A DNA stretch of 64,000 nt, taken from positions 8,410 to 72,409 of the forward strand of contig JAZPZV010000010.1 of the NCBI GenBank assembly GCA_045544855.1, given 5' to 3'. Positions within the stretch are counted from its first letter, which is position 1. Every line of letters starts with the position of its first letter. The notes below the pieces were generated by a model. That model made no database searches. It was not told the DNA's origin and worked only from the letters and a program-made list of their open reading frames with translations. This document shows, piece by piece, positions 62,905 through 64,000 of the stretch. Source of the stretch: Eubacteriales bacterium. Lineage in GTDB: Bacteria; Bacillota; Clostridia; Oscillospirales; CAG-382. The position numbers and the translations under genes were made by a program.

Positions 62905-64000
62905 CTATTCTATTGCAGACCATGCAACGGCAAAATTGCACTTCTGTGATGATGAAACGCGCAACACAACCTTGATCAGGTATTCGCCCGTCACCGTTGG
63001 CTGAAATTCAGTTATCAACAAATTCCCTCCCGAATCAGTTGCGCTTGTCACAACGCTACCGGAAGGATCGCACACCACAAGCATCAAATCCGCCAGAGGA
63101 CCCAAAGCAGCTCCCTCAATTTCAAGATGCTTTAGCCACGCAAGAGAAACACGAACAGTATTCTCTGTTGAATCTACGGAGAAAGGATACGTCTTAATTG
63201 TCCCCGCTTCTTCCATAGCAGGGAACGATCTTACTTCATAATTGCCATCCCTCAACACACAGTAGGCGTTGTAAGCGTTGACCAATCCTGCTCCGGCTCT
63301 ATCGCTCATTTCAGAAGAGGTTTGATACCGCAACACATCATCATTAATTGCAGCCGTCAAAATCGCTTTCATTCCGTTTTGCCAATAAGCAACATTCGGC
63401 GCATAATCAATCAACTGCGCGATGATTCCGGTCACAATCGGTGCGGCAAAACTATTGCCAGAGCAGCCGGTAGGGGTTGCGGCTGTTTCCACTAACGTTC
63501 CGGGCGCTAATACGTCGGGTTTGTTTGCGCCGGTTGCAAAATCCACATACCATGAACTTGCACTAGGAGCAGTCAACGACCCGTTGGCAGCACCTACGGC
63601 GATTGCATTGTATGCACAAGCCGGGTGAGCCACCACATACGAGGTTGCATAATAGTCGTTTCCTGCGGCTGCAACAAAGTGCACGCTATAATCAATCGCT
63701 ATCGTATCCACAAAACGATCAATCTCAAGATAACCTTCATAGGGAAGAGCATATCCTGAACTCATATTGATAACCTGCACTTTTTGATCGAGAAGCCATT
63801 CAATCCTTTGTATGGTGTATGTCCGGTTGGTGGTTCTAATTGTGCAATACAATTCGGCCTCCGGTACGATTCCCGGATATTCATCCGATTGAGAAACTAA
63901 TATACTAGCGACATTATTAGCATGCGTTGTTATATGCTGTTCCCATGCAATTTCCGGATCGTAAGTGATATCGGCCCCTTCAAAATACGGTTGTTCCTTA
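62905..64000 (-). CDS. S8 (subtilisin-like) serine peptidase, 5'-truncated by the window edge
   Basis: VINMSSG, AAAGND and Ser motif SGNSFAAPIVTG. C-terminal beta-sandwich (P-domain-like). The frame stays open to position 64000 by hand translation (...EQHITTHANNVASILVSQ...). Confidence 0.85.
   Translation of the reverse strand, partial: KEQPYFEGADITYDPEIAWEQHITTHANNVASILVSQSDEYPGIVPEAELYCTIRTTNRTYTIQRIEWLLDQKVQVINMSSGYALPYEGYLEIDRFVDTIAIDYSVHFVAAAGNDYYATSYVVAHPACAYNAIAVGAANGSLTAPSASSWYVDFATGANKPDVLAPGTLVETAATPTGCSGNSFAAPIVTGIIAQLIDYAPNVAYWQNGMKAILTAAINDDVLRYQTSSEMSDRAGAGLVNAYNAYCVLRDGNYEVRSFPAMEEAGTIKTYPFSVDSTENTVRVSLAWLKHLEIEGAALGPLADLMLVVCDPSGSVVTSATDSGGNLLITEFQPTVTGEYLIKVVLRVSSSQKCNFAVAWSAIE

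Overview
This 64-kb window comes from a GC-rich chromosome (spot counts about 52-60% GC). It looks like Clostridia of the Oscillospiraceae/Ruminococcaceae type; that is inferred from a dockerin module, gene order and RBS/promoter style, not from any search.

Coding content:
- Left third (1-20 kb), accessory: a secreted GH73 autolysin with a dockerin; a compact 9-kb phage-like head/packaging/lysis module with no tail, lysogeny or replication genes; a 935-aa repeat-rich surface lipoprotein; an unknown two-gene operon convergent with an XRE-TPR regulator; a four-helix-bundle gene; and a 7-tRNA operon.
- Remainder, mostly core genes: ybaK, GH31, a MoxR-DUF58 operon, hemW-lepA, secDF, rpmG-secE-nusG-rplKAJL, a ZTP-riboswitch-controlled fhs-tsaE-tsaB-rpiB operon, asd, and fchA-folD.
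- Surface and accessory genes are interspersed with these: an LRR protein, three tandem orphan solute-binding lipoproteins, and a RAYT transposase. An AT-richer S8 protease locus sits at the right edge.

Non-coding DNA is unusually structured:
- Several families of GTAG-headed REP palindromes.
- Three arrays of variable mini-hairpins joined by constant 7-8-nt linkers.
- Duplicated composite hairpin elements.

Most transcription units have textbook sigma-A promoters with 17-nt spacers and intrinsic terminators. All calls come from reading the sequence and the ORF track; no database searches were run.
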